From Clostridiales bacterium (lineage in GTDB: Bacteria; Bacillota; Clostridia; Christensenellales; Pumilibacteraceae), in contig JAFLVG010000007.1 of NCBI GenBank assembly GCA_022508445.1, forward strand, positions 1,457 through 65,456: DNA of 64,000 nt. The letters are read 5' to 3'. Of the stretch, positions 27,677 through 37,600 are shown piece after piece. Numbering within the stretch: position 1 is the first letter of the stretch; each line of letters opens with the position of its first letter. The notes under the pieces were generated by a model that was given only the letters and a program-made list of their open reading frames with translations, had not been told where the DNA came from and did no database searches. The position numbers and the translations under genes are program-made.

Positions 27677-30250
27677 TTGGATAACACCACCACTAACAAC
27701 GTAACAAACAATGAAGAAGTAGCGAGCGGAGTAAAGCGTTTGCATTCGCTCATCGAATCGGGTGATCTGCAAAACTATCTCAAACGTTTGGCGGATATTA
27801 AAAAGCGCGTTGATAAGCTGTATGCTTCCGAGCGGCAAAAGCTCTCGGAGTATGTTTCCGCGCGCGAACGCGAGCGCCAAGAACAGGAAGAATTGCGCGC
27901 CGCCGCCGAACGAGAAGCCGTTTTGCGTGCAAAAGAGGAGGCGCAAGTCGCCGAGTCCGAAGAGGTAAAAGTCTCGACAGTAGTAAGTAGTCAAAAATCC
28001 ACGTTACCTGAACAGAACGCAGACTCATCTACGCAAGAAGCGCCGCAAGAGTCCGCGACGGTGCAGACGCCTACGCAGCCTGCGGAGCCGGCTTCGACCG
28101 GAACGAGAACTGCGATACCGAGCTATATTCGCGGCGTCATCAAGCATACACCGCGCCCTGCGGCAGACAGTAAGCCGGTAAGACCCGATAGGGGCAAGGA
28201 CTCCCGTCCGCCGCTTCGCACGCAAAGCGGAGCAAAACCTGCGCCGACGAAAACAGGTGCGGCGCCGCGTGCCGCTATGGTCAAGTTCGAGATGCCGACC
28301 AATCAGCGCAAACAGCGCGGCGATGCGGCAGGCAAGAAGTCTGCGGTAAAACCCGAAGACAAACGGCAAATGAACAAGCGCACACTCATTCGCAAAGGAT
28401 ATATTCAGGAGAATGTTGACGAAGAGCGTATGGGCACGCGCAAGCTCAAAAACAAAAAAGTCAACAAAGTTGTGCCTTTTACGCCGATTAAGATAGAGAA
28501 CGCGGTAATAACGACCGAAAACCTCACCGTTAAAATTCTTTCGGAAAAGATAGGCAAGACTGCGCAGGAAATAATCAAACAGCTCATGGAACTCGGCATA
28601 ATGACCACAATCAACTCGGTCGTCGATTTCCCCACAATGCAGCTCGTGGCCGACGCGCTCGGCGTGAACATCGAGCTTAAACTCGAAAAGACCAAAGAAG
28701 AAGAGCTTTTAGAACTTCACTCCGAACCCGATCCCGAGGAGAGCCTTGTAAAGCGTCCGCCTATTATCACTGTAATGGGACATGTCGATCACGGCAAAAC
28801 CTCGCTGTTGGACGCTATCCGCAAGACTTCCGTTGTCGTCGGCGAGGCGGGTGGAATCACGCAACATATCGGCGCATATTCCGTTGACGTGAACGGCGAA
28901 AAGATAACATTCCTCGATACGCCCGGTCACGAGGCGTTTACAGAAATGCGTAGGCGCGGCGCGACAGTCACCGACATCGCAGTTCTTATCGTAGCGGCAG
29001 ACGACGGCGTTATGCCGCAGACAATTGAGGCGATTAAGCACGCTAAGGCGGCAAACGTTCCGATTGTAGTCGCCGTCAATAAGATCGATAAGCAAGGCGC
29101 AAATCCCGACCGTATCAAACAACAGCTCGCCGAACACGACCTCGTGTGCGAGGAATGGGGCGGCAACGTGCCTATGATACCCATTTCGGCAAAGCAGAAC
29201 AAGGGCATAGACGTTTTGCTCGAAAACATCTTGTTCCAAGCCGAATATATGGAGCTTCGCGCCAACCCCAACCGCAGTGCGCGCGGATATGTTATCGAAG
29301 CGCGACTCGACAAGGGCAGGGGGCCTATCGCGACAGTAATAGTGCAAAACGGCACACTCAAAGTGGGCGATTACATCGTTTCGGGAACAACGTACGGAAG
29401 GGTGCGTTCGCTCACAGACGATAAAGGCAAAAATATCAAAACGGCAGGACCTTCTACTCCTGTCGCCGTATATGGCCTTGCGCAGGTGCCGTCCGCAGGC
29501 GATCCGATTGCCGTTGTCGAAAGCGAGAAGATGGCGCGCCAGGTCATCGAGGAGCGCGCGGCACGTGCAAAGAATCAAATGATGTCCGATGTGCCGCAAG
29601 CCGATCTCGACGAGGCGTTCAGGAAGTTGGGCGACGAGAAATTAAAGGAATACAGGGTTCTTGTCAAGGCCGACGTTCAGGGTTCGAGCGAGGCTATCAA
29701 GGACGCGCTACTCAACCTTTCCAACAATGAAGTCAAAGTAAGCGTGGTGTTCAGCGGCGTAGGCGCGATAAATCAGTCCGACGTAATGATGGCGGAAGTG
29801 TCGCATGCGAACATTATCGGCTTCAATGTCAAGCCGGACAGCGATGCGAGAAATGCCGCGGAACGAGCCGGTATAGACATAAAGCTTTTCAACATCATCT
29901 ACGAAGCGCTCGATTACGTTCAGGCCAAAATGGACGATATGCTTGCGCCTAAGTTTGTCGAGCGCGTCACAGGTAAGGCGATTGTGCGCACGACGTTCAA
30001 GGTTTCGGGCGTGGGTATCGTCGCCGGCAGCTATGTGCAAACCGGCAAAATCGTTCGAAGCGGAAAAGCGCGTTTGTACCGCGGCGGCAAGATGATTTTC
30101 GAGGGCAATATCGCAGGTTTAAAGCGGTATAAGGACGACGCCAAAGAAGTCACTATCGGGCTTGAATGCGGTATCGCTATCGAAGGATACACCGAATACT
30201 TAGAGGACGACGAGATTGAGTGCTACGTTGTCGAAAAGGAGAGCAAGTGA
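27677..30250 (+). CDS. infB: Translation initiation factor IF-2
   Basis: TTG start after ACGGAGG. G domain GHVDHGKTSLLD, DTPGHEAF, NKIDK. Low-complexity N-terminus. Confidence 0.97.
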   Translation: MDNTTTNNVTNNEEVASGVKRLHSLIESGDLQNYLKRLADIKKRVDKLYASERQKLSEYVSARERERQEQEELRAAAEREAVLRAKEEAQVAESEEVKVSTVVSSQKSTLPEQNADSSTQEAPQESATVQTPTQPAEPASTGTRTAIPSYIRGVIKHTPRPAADSKPVRPDRGKDSRPPLRTQSGAKPAPTKTGAAPRAAMVKFEMPTNQRKQRGDAAGKKSAVKPEDKRQMNKRTLIRKGYIQENVDEERMGTRKLKNKKVNKVVPFTPIKIENAVITTENLTVKILSEKIGKTAQEIIKQLMELGIMTTINSVVDFPTMQLVADALGVNIELKLEKTKEEELLELHSEPDPEESLVKRPPIITVMGHVDHGKTSLLDAIRKTSVVVGEAGGITQHIGAYSVDVNGEKITFLDTPGHEAFTEMRRRGATVTDIAVLIVAADDGVMPQTIEAIKHAKAANVPIVVAVNKIDKQGANPDRIKQQLAEHDLVCEEWGGNVPMIPISAKQNKGIDVLLENILFQAEYMELRANPNRSARGYVIEARLDKGRGPIATVIVQNGTLKVGDYIVSGTTYGRVRSLTDDKGKNIKTAGPSTPVAVYGLAQVPSAGDPIAVVESEKMARQVIEERAARAKNQMMSDVPQADLDEAFRKLGDEKLKEYRVLVKADVQGSSEAIKDALLNLSNNEVKVSVVFSGVGAINQSDVMMAEVSHANIIGFNVKPDSDARNAAERAGIDIKLFNIIYEALDYVQAKMDDMLAPKFVERVTGKAIVRTTFKVSGVGIVAGSYVQTGKIVRSGKARLYRGGKMIFEGNIAGLKRYKDDAKEVTIGLECGIAIEGYTEYLEDDEIECYVVEKESK

Positions 30251-30612
30251 GAGGTCACGGCGGTTCGGGACACAGAACGGAGCGCATAGCGAGCATAATA
30301 AAGCGAGACGTGTCGGTAATAGTCGATACGCTTGACGATCCTCGCATATACGGCGTGACGGTTGTCGATGCTGAAATGTCGCGCGATCTCAAATACGCTA
30401 CCGTTTATGTCACAATAGGTAGCGACGAAAATAACGTACTCAACGCTCTCAACGGTTGCTCGGGTTATATCAGAAGACAGCTTGCCGAAACCAACAGCGA
30501 GATGCGCGGCGTGCCTCGGCTTAATTTTGTCATTGATAAGTCGCAAGCATATTACGAGCGTATCGAGCAAGTTATCAAGGATATACACAAAAATGAAAAA
30601 GATAACGACTGA
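30247..30612 (+). CDS. rbfA: Ribosome-binding factor A
   Basis: GTGA overlap with the infB stop, preceded by AAAGGAGAG. RTERIASIIKRDVS. KH-like core. Confidence 0.9.
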   Translation: MRGHGGSGHRTERIASIIKRDVSVIVDTLDDPRIYGVTVVDAEMSRDLKYATVYVTIGSDENNVLNALNGCSGYIRRQLAETNSEMRGVPRLNFVIDKSQAYYERIEQVIKDIHKNEKDND

Positions 30613-31558
30613 TATTCTTAAAGCTATCGAGCATGCCGAAACAATATTGGTATGCGGACACACGCGCCCCGACGGCGATTGCGTCAGCTCCGCCCTTGCC
30701 ATGCGGCGCATTTGCGAAAAGCTCGGCAAAAAAGCGGACGCGGTATGCGACGCGGACAAGCCTATATCTTATGCATTCTTGCCCGATTACGAAAATTTTT
30801 GTGCGCCGAGATTCGATAAGTACGATTTGTTTATAGCGGTTGACTGTGCGACCGATAAACGCCTCGGCGAATACTTCCGCGTGATGCAAGAAGCCGGTAA
30901 CGTGGTAAATATCGATCATCATCCCACAAATAACCTTTACGGTAAAATTAACTATATAGATCCCGCGGCAAGCAGTACTTGCGCCATTTTATACGATTTG
31001 TTTTCGGCACAAAATGGACTAATCGACCGCGACGTTGCGACAATGCTTTATACCGGTCTTTCGACGGATACGGGGCATTTCATGCATTCAAATACCACCG
31101 CAAAGGTATTTGAAATCGCAATGAAATTAAGTGAGCTCGGCGTCGATATTGTCAATGTGAATCAGGCTCTTTACTGTAATAAGCCTTTTTCCAAATTGAA
31201 GCTCGCCGCAAAAGCGATTAATGCTATAAAGCTGTATGAGGACGGCAAAATCGCACTTATGACTATCGATCAAGCCGATCTTGCCGAATGCGGTTGCGGA
31301 TCGGACGACACAGAAGGGCTTATCGACTACGCGTCGAGTATTTCTGGCGTGTGCATTTCGATTGCTATGTGCGAGCAAAAAGGCGGATTTTTCAGAGTGT
31401 CTTTCCGCTCTTCGGAAGCCGATGTCGCTGCGGCGGCAGGACAATTCGGCGGTGGAGGTCATAAGCTTGCCGCCGGCTGTATAGTCAACGGCAACCGTTA
31501 CGACGTAATGGAAAAGCTGATTGCGGCGGCTAAATCCGCTATCGATAAAATATCGTGA
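30593..31558 (+). CDS. nrnA: DHH/DHHA1 phosphoesterase (NrnA-type oligoribonuclease / pAp phosphatase)
   Basis: GHTRPDGDCVSSA, NIDHHPTN, GGGGHKLAAG. Confidence 0.8.
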   Translation: MKKITTDILKAIEHAETILVCGHTRPDGDCVSSALAMRRICEKLGKKADAVCDADKPISYAFLPDYENFCAPRFDKYDLFIAVDCATDKRLGEYFRVMQEAGNVVNIDHHPTNNLYGKINYIDPAASSTCAILYDLFSAQNGLIDRDVATMLYTGLSTDTGHFMHSNTTAKVFEIAMKLSELGVDIVNVNQALYCNKPFSKLKLAAKAINAIKLYEDGKIALMTIDQADLAECGCGSDDTEGLIDYASSISGVCISIAMCEQKGGFFRVSFRSSEADVAAAAGQFGGGGHKLAAGCIVNGNRYDVMEKLIAAAKSAIDKIS

Positions 31559-32403
31559 ACGGACTTATCAATCTTTATAAGCCTACGGGTATGTCGTCTG
31601 CGTCGGCAGTTTCGAGAGTAAAACGTATGCTCGGCGAAAAGACGGTAGGTCATATGGGTACGCTCGATCCGATGGCGGAAGGCGTGCTTGTTATAGGCGT
31701 CGGCAAGTCCGCGCGCCTTTTCGATTATCTTGCCGGGCGCAAAAAAACGTACATTGCCAAATTCAAATTCGGGTATCAAACGGACACGCTCGACGCGCTC
31801 GGGGCTGTTACGGACACTACAAACGACATTCCGAGCGTAGACGCCGTTCTTAATGCAATGCTTTCTCTTGTAGGGGAAATCGACCAAATTCCGCCGTCAT
31901 ACAGCGCAAAGCATATTAACGGAAAGCGAGCATACGCACTTGCTCGCGAGGGCAAAACGGTGGAGCTTGCACCCAAGCGCGTAACTATTTTCGGCACGGA
32001 ACTCATATGCCAGCCGCGTATGGACGAGATGGTGTTTTCGATAACGTGTTCCGCAGGAACGTATATTCGCTCCATTTGTCGCGATGTCGCGAAAATGTGC
32101 GGATCGCTTGCCACTCTTACATATCTTCAACGCACCGCGTCCGGCTGTTTCGACGTTAATGACAGTGTTACTCTCGAAGCGTTGGAAGAGAAAAAATCAA
32201 AAGTTTTAATCGCGCCCGAACAGGTGCTTGAACTTTCACGGTATTACGTACCGGTAGAAAAATACGATGATTTGAGTCACGGCAGAAAGATCGAGGCGGA
32301 ACTTGACGGCGATATGCTCGTGTACTGCAACGACGAGTTTTTCGGTATAGGCTGTTCGACAGACGGAGTACTTAAACTTAAAACATATTTGAGGGATGAA
32401 TAA
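31555..32403 (+). CDS. truB: tRNA pseudouridine-55 synthase
   Basis: GLINLYKPTGMSS and HMGTLDPMAEGVL. GTGA overlap with nrnA. Confidence 0.93.
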   Translation: MNGLINLYKPTGMSSASAVSRVKRMLGEKTVGHMGTLDPMAEGVLVIGVGKSARLFDYLAGRKKTYIAKFKFGYQTDTLDALGAVTDTTNDIPSVDAVLNAMLSLVGEIDQIPPSYSAKHINGKRAYALAREGKTVELAPKRVTIFGTELICQPRMDEMVFSITCSAGTYIRSICRDVAKMCGSLATLTYLQRTASGCFDVNDSVTLEALEEKKSKVLIAPEQVLELSRYYVPVEKYDDLSHGRKIEAELDGDMLVYCNDEFFGIGCSTDGVLKLKTYLRDE

Positions 32404-32404
32404 C

Positions 32405-33283
32405 ATGAAAGAACTGACATCGGAAGAGGTATGCCTTGCGCTCGGATATTTCGACAGTATGCACTTGGGGCATAGGAATCTCATAGCTGCGGCACGCGAA
32501 TACGCCAAAGCACACGGCGTAGGCTGTGCCGTCTTCACGTTTGCCAATAATGCGTATAAGCTGTTCAATGCCGACGGCAAACAAGTCTACACGTATTCCG
32601 AAAGAGCGGAGCTTTTGAACGGGCTTTGCGACTATATACTTCCAATGCGGTTTGATTCGCGGCTTAAAAATTACAGTGCAGAGCGGTTTTTGGACGCGTT
32701 ACTGTCGCATTACAACGTCAAAGCATTCGTCTGCGGATACGATTATTCGTTCGGCGCGGGCGCGAAAGGCGACGCGCAATTTCTTCAAGAATACTCTTCA
32801 AAGCACGGAATCGATTGCGTAGTAGTGGATAAATTCGAAATGGACGGGGATAGAGTTTCTACGACCGTAGTCAAGGAATTGCTTTTGTCGGGCGAAATCG
32901 AACGTGCCAACGCCTTGCTCGGCGCACCGTTTATGGTTTGCGGCAAAGTTGTCAAAGGTCGCGGCGCAGGCAGGATGTTCGACATTCCGACCGCCAATAT
33001 AAAGATACCGCTCGGCAAGCTCGTGCCCAAATCGGGGGTTTACGGTACGACGTGCGAGGTTGACGGCAAGGTGTATAACAGCGCTACCAATGTGGGCGCT
33101 CGTCCTACTTTCGGACTTACAAAGACGGTTGTGGAGACAATGCTGGACGACTTTAACGACAATATTTACGGCAAGGAAATCAAGCTGTATTTCAATAAGT
33201 TTATTCGGCCTGTGACCAAGTTCGATACGCCTGCCGAGCTTTCCAAGCAAGTTCATGCTGACATAGAGTGGAACAAAAAATGA
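32405..33283 (+). CDS. ribF: Bifunctional riboflavin kinase / FAD synthetase
   Basis: GYFDSMHLGH and the kinase domain GRGAGRMFDIPTAN. ATG 32405 lies 9 nt after GAGGG. ATG 32396 directly abuts the SD. Confidence 0.9.
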   Translation: MKELTSEEVCLALGYFDSMHLGHRNLIAAAREYAKAHGVGCAVFTFANNAYKLFNADGKQVYTYSERAELLNGLCDYILPMRFDSRLKNYSAERFLDALLSHYNVKAFVCGYDYSFGAGAKGDAQFLQEYSSKHGIDCVVVDKFEMDGDRVSTTVVKELLLSGEIERANALLGAPFMVCGKVVKGRGAGRMFDIPTANIKIPLGKLVPKSGVYGTTCEVDGKVYNSATNVGARPTFGLTKTVVETMLDDFNDNIYGKEIKLYFNKFIRPVTKFDTPAELSKQVHADIEWNKK

Positions 33284-34122
33284 TAAGAATAGGACCTTCC
33301 GGCAACAGTGACGCTTTTTACGCGTCGGGCAGAAAGCATACATATCAAGAAGCCGAATTTTTGAGTGAACTCGGACTCAATGCGTTCGAATATTCGTTCG
33401 GGCGCGGCGTTTCGATGTCCGATGAAACCGCGCAAAAAATCAAAACGGAATTCAATAAGCACGACATAGTGATAAGCGTTCATGCGCCGTACTATACCAA
33501 CTTCGCCAATCCCGATCCCGAAATGATACAAAAATCGATAGGGTACATTTTGCAGTCGATAGAAGCGTGTAACAAAATGGGTGGCGAGCGCGTGGTATTT
33601 CATCCGGCGGCGTGCGGCAAGGCGACGCGCGAGCAGGCCGTTTCCGCCACAAAATCAAATCTTAAACTTCTCGCCGAAGCGTGTAAAAATATAAGCTACG
33701 CTTTCAAACTGTGCGTAGAAACTATGGGAAAAAACAATCAGATAGGCACGGTCGAGGAGGTAGTGGATTTTTGTCTTATTGCCGATATGTTTTATCCGTG
33801 CTTCGATTTCGGACACATCAATTCGTATATGCACGGCGGACTCAAAACAAAAGACGATTATCGCCGCATACTCGATTATACTATCGACAGGCTCGGTTTC
33901 GAAAAAGCGTCTGCAATGCACGTGCATTTTTCCAAAATTCAGTACGGCGATAAAGGCGAGATAAGGCATTTGACGTTCGAAGACGAAAAATACGGTCCGG
34001 AATACGAGCCGCTTGCACAGCTGTTCGACGAATACAAAATGTCGCCCTATATAGTTTGCGAGTCAAACGGCACGATGTCGGACGATGCGCTTATTATGAA
34101 AAAAATGCATAAAAACGCTTAA
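33280..34122 (+). CDS. AP-endonuclease-family-2 (endonuclease IV-like) TIM-barrel protein
   Basis: The pattern HAPYYTNFANPD ... VVFHPA ... CVETMG ... FDFGHINS ... MHVHFS ... IVCES parallels the Nfo metal-ligand strands. ATGA overlap with the ribF stop. Confidence 0.55.
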   Translation: MIRIGPSGNSDAFYASGRKHTYQEAEFLSELGLNAFEYSFGRGVSMSDETAQKIKTEFNKHDIVISVHAPYYTNFANPDPEMIQKSIGYILQSIEACNKMGGERVVFHPAACGKATREQAVSATKSNLKLLAEACKNISYAFKLCVETMGKNNQIGTVEEVVDFCLIADMFYPCFDFGHINSYMHGGLKTKDDYRRILDYTIDRLGFEKASAMHVHFSKIQYGDKGEIRHLTFEDEKYGPEYEPLAQLFDEYKMSPYIVCESNGTMSDDALIMKKMHKNA

Positions 34123-34147
34123 CATATCAAGATATTTATGGTATAAT
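34119..34147 (+). promoter_or_regulatory. Sigma-A-type promoter for pepP-efp
   Basis: TTAACA, 17-nt spacer with TGg, then TATAAT. Leaves a leader of about 105 nt. Confidence 0.65.
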
Positions 34148-34259
34148 GAATAAAGTCGCAAGGATGGAAAGTCATTTCACTCCGCGTAGCGGTAGCGAAA
34201 TCGGGCAGTCAATCTGTGATTGTGATAAATGTGCATAGGAAATATAAGAGAGATTTTGT

Positions 34260-35312
34260 ATGGTGACATCTGATTTATTCGAAAATAATCCGAAGATCGA
34301 TGCGTTTGTCGTTTTAGACGAATCAAACAGATTTTATTTTACGCACTTTGAAACATCGTTTGGCGCGGTGGTTATTTCTCGCGACAAAAACGTGTTCATT
34401 ACTGATTTCCGATATCAAGCGGAAGCAATGGAAAAGATAAGGAATTTCGAGATCGTAATAACCAACTACTCCGGGTTTTACGACAAAATCGCCGAAGTGC
34501 TTACTTCTATGGGTGCAAAGACGGTTGGGTACGGCGAGAAGATGTATATCGATGAATTCAATACGTTCAAATCCGCATTAAGCGAATTTAAGCTCAAACC
34601 GTCGGAAGCCGCCATTGCCGCAAAGCGTGCCGTAAAGACAGAAGAGGAAATCAAGCTAATAGTCACCGCACAGCAAATAGCCGAGGGTGCGCTCAAACGC
34701 GCCATTTCTCACGTAAAGGCAGGAATGACGGAGCGCGAGCTTATGGCGGAGATCAACTACGAAATGATAATGGGTGGTGCAGAGAAATATTCTTTCGAAA
34801 CGATTGTCGCTTTCGGCGCAAACTCTGCGCAACCGCACCATCATCCGTCCGATAAGAAGCTCGAAAAGAACGAGCTCATACTCGTCGATATGGGCGTTAA
34901 ATACAATGGCTATTGCTCTGACATGACAAGAACGTTTTGTATCGGCAATGCGGGGCAACAGCTAACGGACGTTTATAACATCGTCAAAGAAGCGCAGGAA
35001 TATGCGATTAAGAACATCAAAGCCGGCATGACGTGTCACGACGCCGACGCACTCGCGAGAGAATTCATAACATCCAACGGTTACGGCGATCACTTTGGAC
35101 ATTCGTTCGGACACGGCGTAGGTGTGGATATTCACGAAGATCCGAGGGTTGGTTCCGGTTCTCAAACAATCCTTCAACCCAACATGGTTATCACCGCCGA
35201 ACCGGGAATTTACTTGCCCGGAATTGGCGGAGTTCGTATCGAAGATATGCTCGTCGTAAAAGAGGGCGGAGTAACCGACATCACGAGCTACGATAAAAAA
35301 CTCAACATTTAG
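34260..35312 (+). CDS. pepP: Xaa-Pro aminopeptidase (M24B)
   Basis: [27 protein letters not shown] and EPGIY metal ligands. pepP-efp synteny. Confidence 0.88.
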   Translation: MVTSDLFENNPKIDAFVVLDESNRFYFTHFETSFGAVVISRDKNVFITDFRYQAEAMEKIRNFEIVITNYSGFYDKIAEVLTSMGAKTVGYGEKMYIDEFNTFKSALSEFKLKPSEAAIAAKRAVKTEEEIKLIVTAQQIAEGALKRAISHVKAGMTERELMAEINYEMIMGGAEKYSFETIVAFGANSAQPHHHPSDKKLEKNELILVDMGVKYNGYCSDMTRTFCIGNAGQQLTDVYNIVKEAQEYAIKNIKAGMTCHDADALAREFITSNGYGDHFGHSFGHGVGVDIHEDPRVGSGSQTILQPNMVITAEPGIYLPGIGGVRIEDMLVVKEGGVTDITSYDKKLNI

Positions 35313-35338
35313 TAAATCTATTCCTTAGGAGGAATTTT

Positions 35339-35899
35339 ATGGTATCGGCAGGAGATTTCCGCAAAGGCACAACATTCGAGATGGACGGCAAGGTTTATAC
35401 CGTCGTAGAATTTCAGCATGTAAAACCGGGCAAGGGTTCGGCGTTTGTTCGCACAAAAATCAAGAACGTTATTACCGGTCAAGTTTTGGAAAACACGTTC
35501 AACCCCTCCGACAAGTATGAGGAAGCGCACATCGACAGGCGTGAATATCAGTACTCGTACAACGACGGCGACCTGTATTACTTCATGGATACCGAAACGT
35601 ACGATATGCTTCCGCTCAACCACGATATCTGCGAGGACGCGCTTCGCTTTATCAAGGAAGAGATGACGGTAACAATCTCATCGTACAAGGGCTCGCCGTT
35701 TGCGGTAGAGCCGCCCAACTTCGTCGAGCTTGTCATTGCCGATACCGAGGGCGGTATTCAGGGTGACACGAGTAAGCCCGGCAACAAACCCGCAACGCTT
35801 GAAACAGGCTTCACGATCGGCGTACCGCTTTTCGTCAACATCGGCGATAAGATTCGCGTCGATACGCGCACGGGGACATACATGGAGCGCGTTAAATAA
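35339..35899 (+). CDS. efp: Elongation factor P
   Basis: [27 protein letters not shown] with the conserved Lys loop. Confidence 0.97.
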   Translation: MVSAGDFRKGTTFEMDGKVYTVVEFQHVKPGKGSAFVRTKIKNVITGQVLENTFNPSDKYEEAHIDRREYQYSYNDGDLYYFMDTETYDMLPLNHDICEDALRFIKEEMTVTISSYKGSPFAVEPPNFVELVIADTEGGIQGDTSKPGNKPATLETGFTIGVPLFVNIGDKIRVDTRTGTYMERVK

Positions 35900-35917
35900 T
35901 TTCAACCTACAATATCA

Positions 35918-35947
35918 ACAGAGCGTTTAAAAGCGCTCTGTTTTTTT
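35918..35947 (+). terminator. Intrinsic terminator after efp
   Basis: Stem ACAGAGCG / CGCTCTGT, loop TTTAAAAG, then TTTTTTT. Confidence 0.85.
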
Positions 35948-35979
35948 GTGCTTAAATCGATTCATTAAATACTGTTGTA

Positions 35980-36008
35980 ACATATTAAAGCGAGTTCGCC
36001 CATAAATA
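35980..36008 (+). promoter_or_regulatory. Sigma-E-like sporulation promoter for the spoIIIA operon
   Basis: ACATATT, 14-nt spacer, then CATAAATA. The mother-cell sigma-E consensus is roughly kmATATT-14-CATACAnT. spoIIIA is sigma-E-dependent in B. subtilis. Confidence 0.5.
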
Positions 36009-36015
36009 TAACGGT

Positions 36016-36918
36016 ATGGAAGAATTGTATAGACTCATTCCCGATAAGTACGTTGCTCCGATACGGTCGCGACTCTTTTACGAGCGAATAAGCGAGGTGC
36101 GTATAATAAACGGTGCGCCCGTCCGAATATGTTATGACGGTGCGTACTATTTTCTGTGCAAGTCGGGCATAACGAAGGACAAGTCCTGTGCGTTCGTTGC
36201 GGAAAAGAACGAGGCCGAAAGCGTTGTCATGCGCGCATGCGAACATTCGTTGTATACGGTGACAGACACAATAAAACGCGGTTTTGTTTCCGTCGCGGGA
36301 GGTTTGCGAATAGGCGTTTGCGGCAGCGGAGTAATGGACGGCGGCGAGCTTACCGCGGTAAAAGATTTCAGCTCGGTGAATATAAGACTGCCACATGAGG
36401 TGACTGACTGTGCGGCAGGATTGTTTGCAAAAGTAATATCGGGCGGTTCGATAAAGAATACTTTGATAATATCTCCGCCGGCGGCAGGCAAAACGACAAT
36501 GCTGCGAGATCTTTGTAGGTTGGTTTCCAATCACGGATACTGCGTGCTGTTGTGCGACGAGAAATATGAGATAGCGGCAGTGAGCGGCGGTCAGCCTACG
36601 CTCGACGTCGGGTGCTGTACAGATGTTATAAGCGGTGTGGACAAGCGCAGGGTATTTGAAACCGGCGTTGCACACATGCGCCCGGACGTGATTATGGCAG
36701 ACGAGCTGATGGGTAACGATTTGAATATGATTGTGCGCGCATCTACTTGCGGAATAGCGGTAGTTGCGACAGTTCATGCATACGATTACGACGATATGCT
36801 CAAAAAACCGTATTTTAAGCAAGCTGTCGAAAACAAAGTCTTTACTGTTTTCGTCACGCTGTCAGGCGCGCCGAGAAGAACGGTAACGGTGCGCGAAGGT
36901 GACGGGCATGAGCGTTAA
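36016..36918 (+). CDS. spoIIIAA: Stage III sporulation protein AA (ATPase)
   Basis: Walker A SPPAAGKTTMLRDL and Walker B IMADEL. First gene of an eight-gene spoIIIA-type cluster after efp. Confidence 0.87.
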   Translation: MEELYRLIPDKYVAPIRSRLFYERISEVRIINGAPVRICYDGAYYFLCKSGITKDKSCAFVAEKNEAESVVMRACEHSLYTVTDTIKRGFVSVAGGLRIGVCGSGVMDGGELTAVKDFSSVNIRLPHEVTDCAAGLFAKVISGGSIKNTLIISPPAAGKTTMLRDLCRLVSNHGYCVLLCDEKYEIAAVSGGQPTLDVGCCTDVISGVDKRRVFETGVAHMRPDVIMADELMGNDLNMIVRASTCGIAVVATVHAYDYDDMLKKPYFKQAVENKVFTVFVTLSGAPRRTVTVREGDGHER

Positions 36919-37393
36919 GATTATGGTAGTTTTTTTGTGCGCGGCAATCGGCACGGCCGGTGGGTATTTCGTAATGTGTACTTATCGAAGAAACTTTGTG
37001 TATCTCGACGGCGTTTGCAAAATGATAGGCGAGCTTAAACGCAATATCGCATATAGGCGCGACGGTGTAGCGAGTATTATCGGAACTATGTCCGCCGAAA
37101 GCGTTCAGCTCAAAAAGAACATAGCCGAGTACATAGACTACGCGGTGGGAAAAGTCGATGCGCCGCAAATAAGCAGAGGGTTTTTGCCGAAGGAAACATA
37201 CGAACGCATTACAGAGCTGTTCCGCTCGATAGGTAGGTCGGACGGAAGCTCGCAAATCGATGAGCTTAATATGTACGAGGATGCATTTTCCAAACTTCGA
37301 GAAGCGGCGGAAATCAAGTACAGCAAGCATGGCGCGGTTGCGGTAAAGCTCGGATTTTTGCTCGGTCTGGGCGTCGGGATACTTACATTGTAG
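36908..37393 (+). CDS. spoIIIAB: Stage III sporulation protein AB
   Basis: Position, size, and N- plus C-terminal TM segments flanking a soluble domain. Start is ATG 36908 or GTG 36899. Confidence 0.65.
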   Translation: MSVKIMVVFLCAAIGTAGGYFVMCTYRRNFVYLDGVCKMIGELKRNIAYRRDGVASIIGTMSAESVQLKKNIAEYIDYAVGKVDAPQISRGFLPKETYERITELFRSIGRSDGSSQIDELNMYEDAFSKLREAAEIKYSKHGAVAVKLGFLLGLGVGILTL

Positions 37394-37402
37394 GTAAGTC
37401 TT

Positions 37403-37600
37403 ATGGACATCGATATAATTTTCAAAATAGCCGCTGTGGGGCTTATAACTGCAATAATCAGTCAAATACTGAAAAAGACCGATAAGGACGAGATAGCAAC
37501 GCTCGTAACGCTTGCAGGACTTGTCATTGTACTGATTATGATTATCAACATGATAGGTCAGCTTTTCGACACGCTGAAAACTGTTTTCGGTATGTACTGA
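37403..37600 (+). CDS. spoIIIAC: Stage III sporulation protein AC
   Basis: 65 aa, two TM helices, IFKIAAVGLITAI motif, position in the operon. Confidence 0.78.
   Translation: MDIDIIFKIAAVGLITAIISQILKKTDKDEIATLVTLAGLVIVLIMIINMIGQLFDTLKTVFGMY

Noticed and set aside
27677-28400. Repeat-like, Ala/Glu/Pro/Lys-rich N-terminal 240 aa of IF-2, and the Ala/Glu-rich C-terminal tail of S2 (16060-16236).
   Set aside because: These are well-known hypervariable low-complexity regions of these proteins. I saw no discrete nucleotide tandem repeat.
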